Shown one piece after another: positions 62,412-64,000 of a stretch of 64,000 nucleotides of DNA. Within the stretch, counting starts at the first letter, position 1, and the number at the start of each line of letters is the position of its first letter. Source of the DNA: Convolutriloba macropyga (lineage: Eukaryota); the NCBI RefSeq assembly GCF_964194025.1, contig NC_134480.1, positions 9,362,001-9,426,000 on the forward strand, read 5' to 3'. A program made the position numbers and the translations under genes. The notes under the pieces are model-generated. The model was not told the DNA's origin. It saw only the letters and a list, made by a program, of their open reading frames with translations, and searched no databases.

Positions 62412-63095
62412 ATCAGGTCATTCTCACATACGATTATCTTCATGGCGGTTGTAGGCCCAAGTGGTTCTGGGAAAACCGACCTAATATTCAACATTTTGCA
62501 AGGTTCGTCGGTCTATCCAGCATTTCACAAAATTTATTACCTCTACAGAGCGTTCCAGGACACATTTACAGCTATGCAACGTAAAATACCGCACATCGAG
62601 TTCATCAAGTATTTCGAATTGGATATTACAAAGAAGCTTTCGTATTGTTTGCTCATTTACGACGACTCATGCGAGGAAATTTTTAACGACAAAGAATTTG
62701 TGAAAATAGCTACGTCAGGAAGACACAGAAAACTTCATGTGATCTACGTCAAACATAACTTATTCCAACAGAGTAAATAGTCGCGGACAATTGACCTAAA
62801 TACCACTCATATAGTTTTATTCAAATCATTGCGTGACATTCAACAAATAGAAAACCTCGGAAAACAGTTAAACTGTCTCCACTTACTCAAGGATGCATAC
62901 AAACTAGCAACAGCGCAGCCCTGTGGACATTTAATCTTTGACCTGGATCCTTAAACAAGTCAAGTTTTACGATTTTGGTCTCAACTGATTGGTCCCGAAC
63001 CATCACTTTTCTATATTCCCTGCGAGGAAGCTCTTATTTCAACAATTACGAATGAAAAAGAGACATTTGCTTTTGCTGAGGCGCTGGTGCGTTAA
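62408..63095 (+). pseudogene. A32/FtsK-like DNA packaging ATPase
   Basis: Walker A VGPSGSGKT, Walker B LLIYDDSCEE, A32 motif TSGRHRKLHVIYVKHN. The frame continues past TAG 62778 (SRTIDLNTTHIVLFKS..GHLIFDLDP) to TAA 63095. Frameshift near the start. Confidence 0.92.
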
Positions 63096-63369
63096 CAGCA
63101 ACTCCAAATCGAAAAGCAAGAGAACTTTCCTAGCCCAAGATATTGAATTCATTTGGTTTCTAAGTGATTGTATAATGAACGTGCTCTCTGGTGTTGTCCC
63201 AATCAACAAGAAAAAACTACAACAATTCGAACCTCAACTGCGACAACTTTCTGGAAATTATTTCAGTGCGCTGGAAAGTAATAAATTTTCCCAGACAACG
63301 AGAGGGCATTCTCTGATTAAACTAATCGCCAGACTTTGTCTAGAGTATCTACAGAAAAATGCCAACTGA
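63052..63369 (+). CDS. Small basic Polinton protein (PW/core-protein-like)
   Basis: FIWFLSDCIMNVLSGVVPI..KL..F..QLRQL pattern, typical of the small ORF that follows the ATPase in Polintons (from memory). Confidence 0.55.
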   Translation: MKKRHLLLLRRWCVNSNSKSKSKRTFLAQDIEFIWFLSDCIMNVLSGVVPINKKKLQQFEPQLRQLSGNYFSALESNKFSQTTRGHSLIKLIARLCLEYLQKNAN

Positions 63370-64000
63370 GGAATTTGTACTCATTCCTCGCAACTTGTTT
63401 ACAACTGAACAACCCCAAGTTTCGCAAATATTAAACAATCCGTTCACAAAAAACAAGTCAAAACAACTATCGCTTCTAAAGAGAACTTCAAAACAAGAGC
63501 CACCAGAAGCAGTCATACAGCAGAACACAGAGCAACAGACAGATGACGTCATGGTTTCCGATGAAAAAGAAAAGCAACAAAGTATCCCAGTTGACACTAA
63601 ACAGAAAGAGTTTGATAAAATCAGTCAGAGTGTGATCGATGATAGATTTTCTCGATAAGGACAAATTCGGAAAAGTAGAAATAATTTAAAGAAAATCAAC
63701 CGATCACGCTACATTTCACTGGACGTTGAAGGTAAAATCCTGATTAATGGAAGGAACACCGACATTCTAGCATCAACTTTCCTCTACGCATTACAACAAA
63801 CATCATCAACACTTTTGCCTGACGATTATCAAGTATTGAATTGTTTGAACCTTGCACCACATCTCAGTTCTCATACTTACGCAAAGAAGTTCATAAAAAA
63901 TCCGAAAGAGCCAAAACTACATCAGTTTTCAGATGGAGCAGCCAGTGAACAGAAACCTGCTATCGAGAGAGCCGAAAAAACAGAGACTGCTAGCTTTGAT
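63359..64000 (+). pseudogene. Conserved Polinton hypothetical protein (frameshifted at ~63655)
   Basis: MPTEEFVLIPRNLF..ILNNP..QLSLL, then KINRSRYISLDVEGKILINGRNTDILASTFLYALQQ in a shifted frame. Confidence 0.55.

Larger units (their letters stand above)
61736..64000 (+). mobile_element. Left end of a second Polinton/Maverick (adintovirus-like) family, mildly decayed; continues beyond the window
   Basis: Putative terminus AGTAGT at 61736, then tightly packed overlapping ORFs: 2-TM protein, packaging ATPase and two conserved small ORFs. Confidence 0.8.

Noticed and set aside
62442-62780. Bacterial/phage or ABC ATPase, or contamination
   Set aside because: The GRH..I...HN motif and gene neighbourhood are A32/Polinton-type, and the locus is embedded among spliced genes.

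Overview
AT-rich eukaryotic (animal) genomic DNA dominated by transposons and endogenous viral sequence. The repeat families resemble those I recall from acoel worms, but that is an unverified impression. 1-20.4 kb: decayed, tandemly re-duplicated Polinton/Maverick (adintovirus-like) sequence, including a Zn-finger/pPolB N-terminus, a DEDD-like nuclease, a small 2-TM protein and an A32/FtsK packaging ATPase. A Mag-like Ty3/gypsy LTR retrotransposon is inserted in it (12389-18415, minus strand, TSD AATTC, tRNA-Ser PBS). 20.4-27.5 kb: a CR1-group LINE (ORF1+APE+RT, minus strand) whose 3' 1.73 kb is tandemly triplicated. 29-34 kb and 48-49 kb: further LINE fragments. Two spliced, apparently intact tandem paralogues of the MFS transporter MFSD13A/TMEM180 lie at 31222-41450 (5 coding exons) and 53216-60377 (4 coding exons) and differ by one precisely placed intron. 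Their introns are filled with Helentron-type non-autonomous (HINE-like) repeats. After them come an orphan 178-aa ORF (minus strand) and the left end of a second, less decayed Polinton family (61736 to the window end). No rRNA, tRNA or CRISPR array was seen. All family assignments come from motif recognition by eye; no searches were run.
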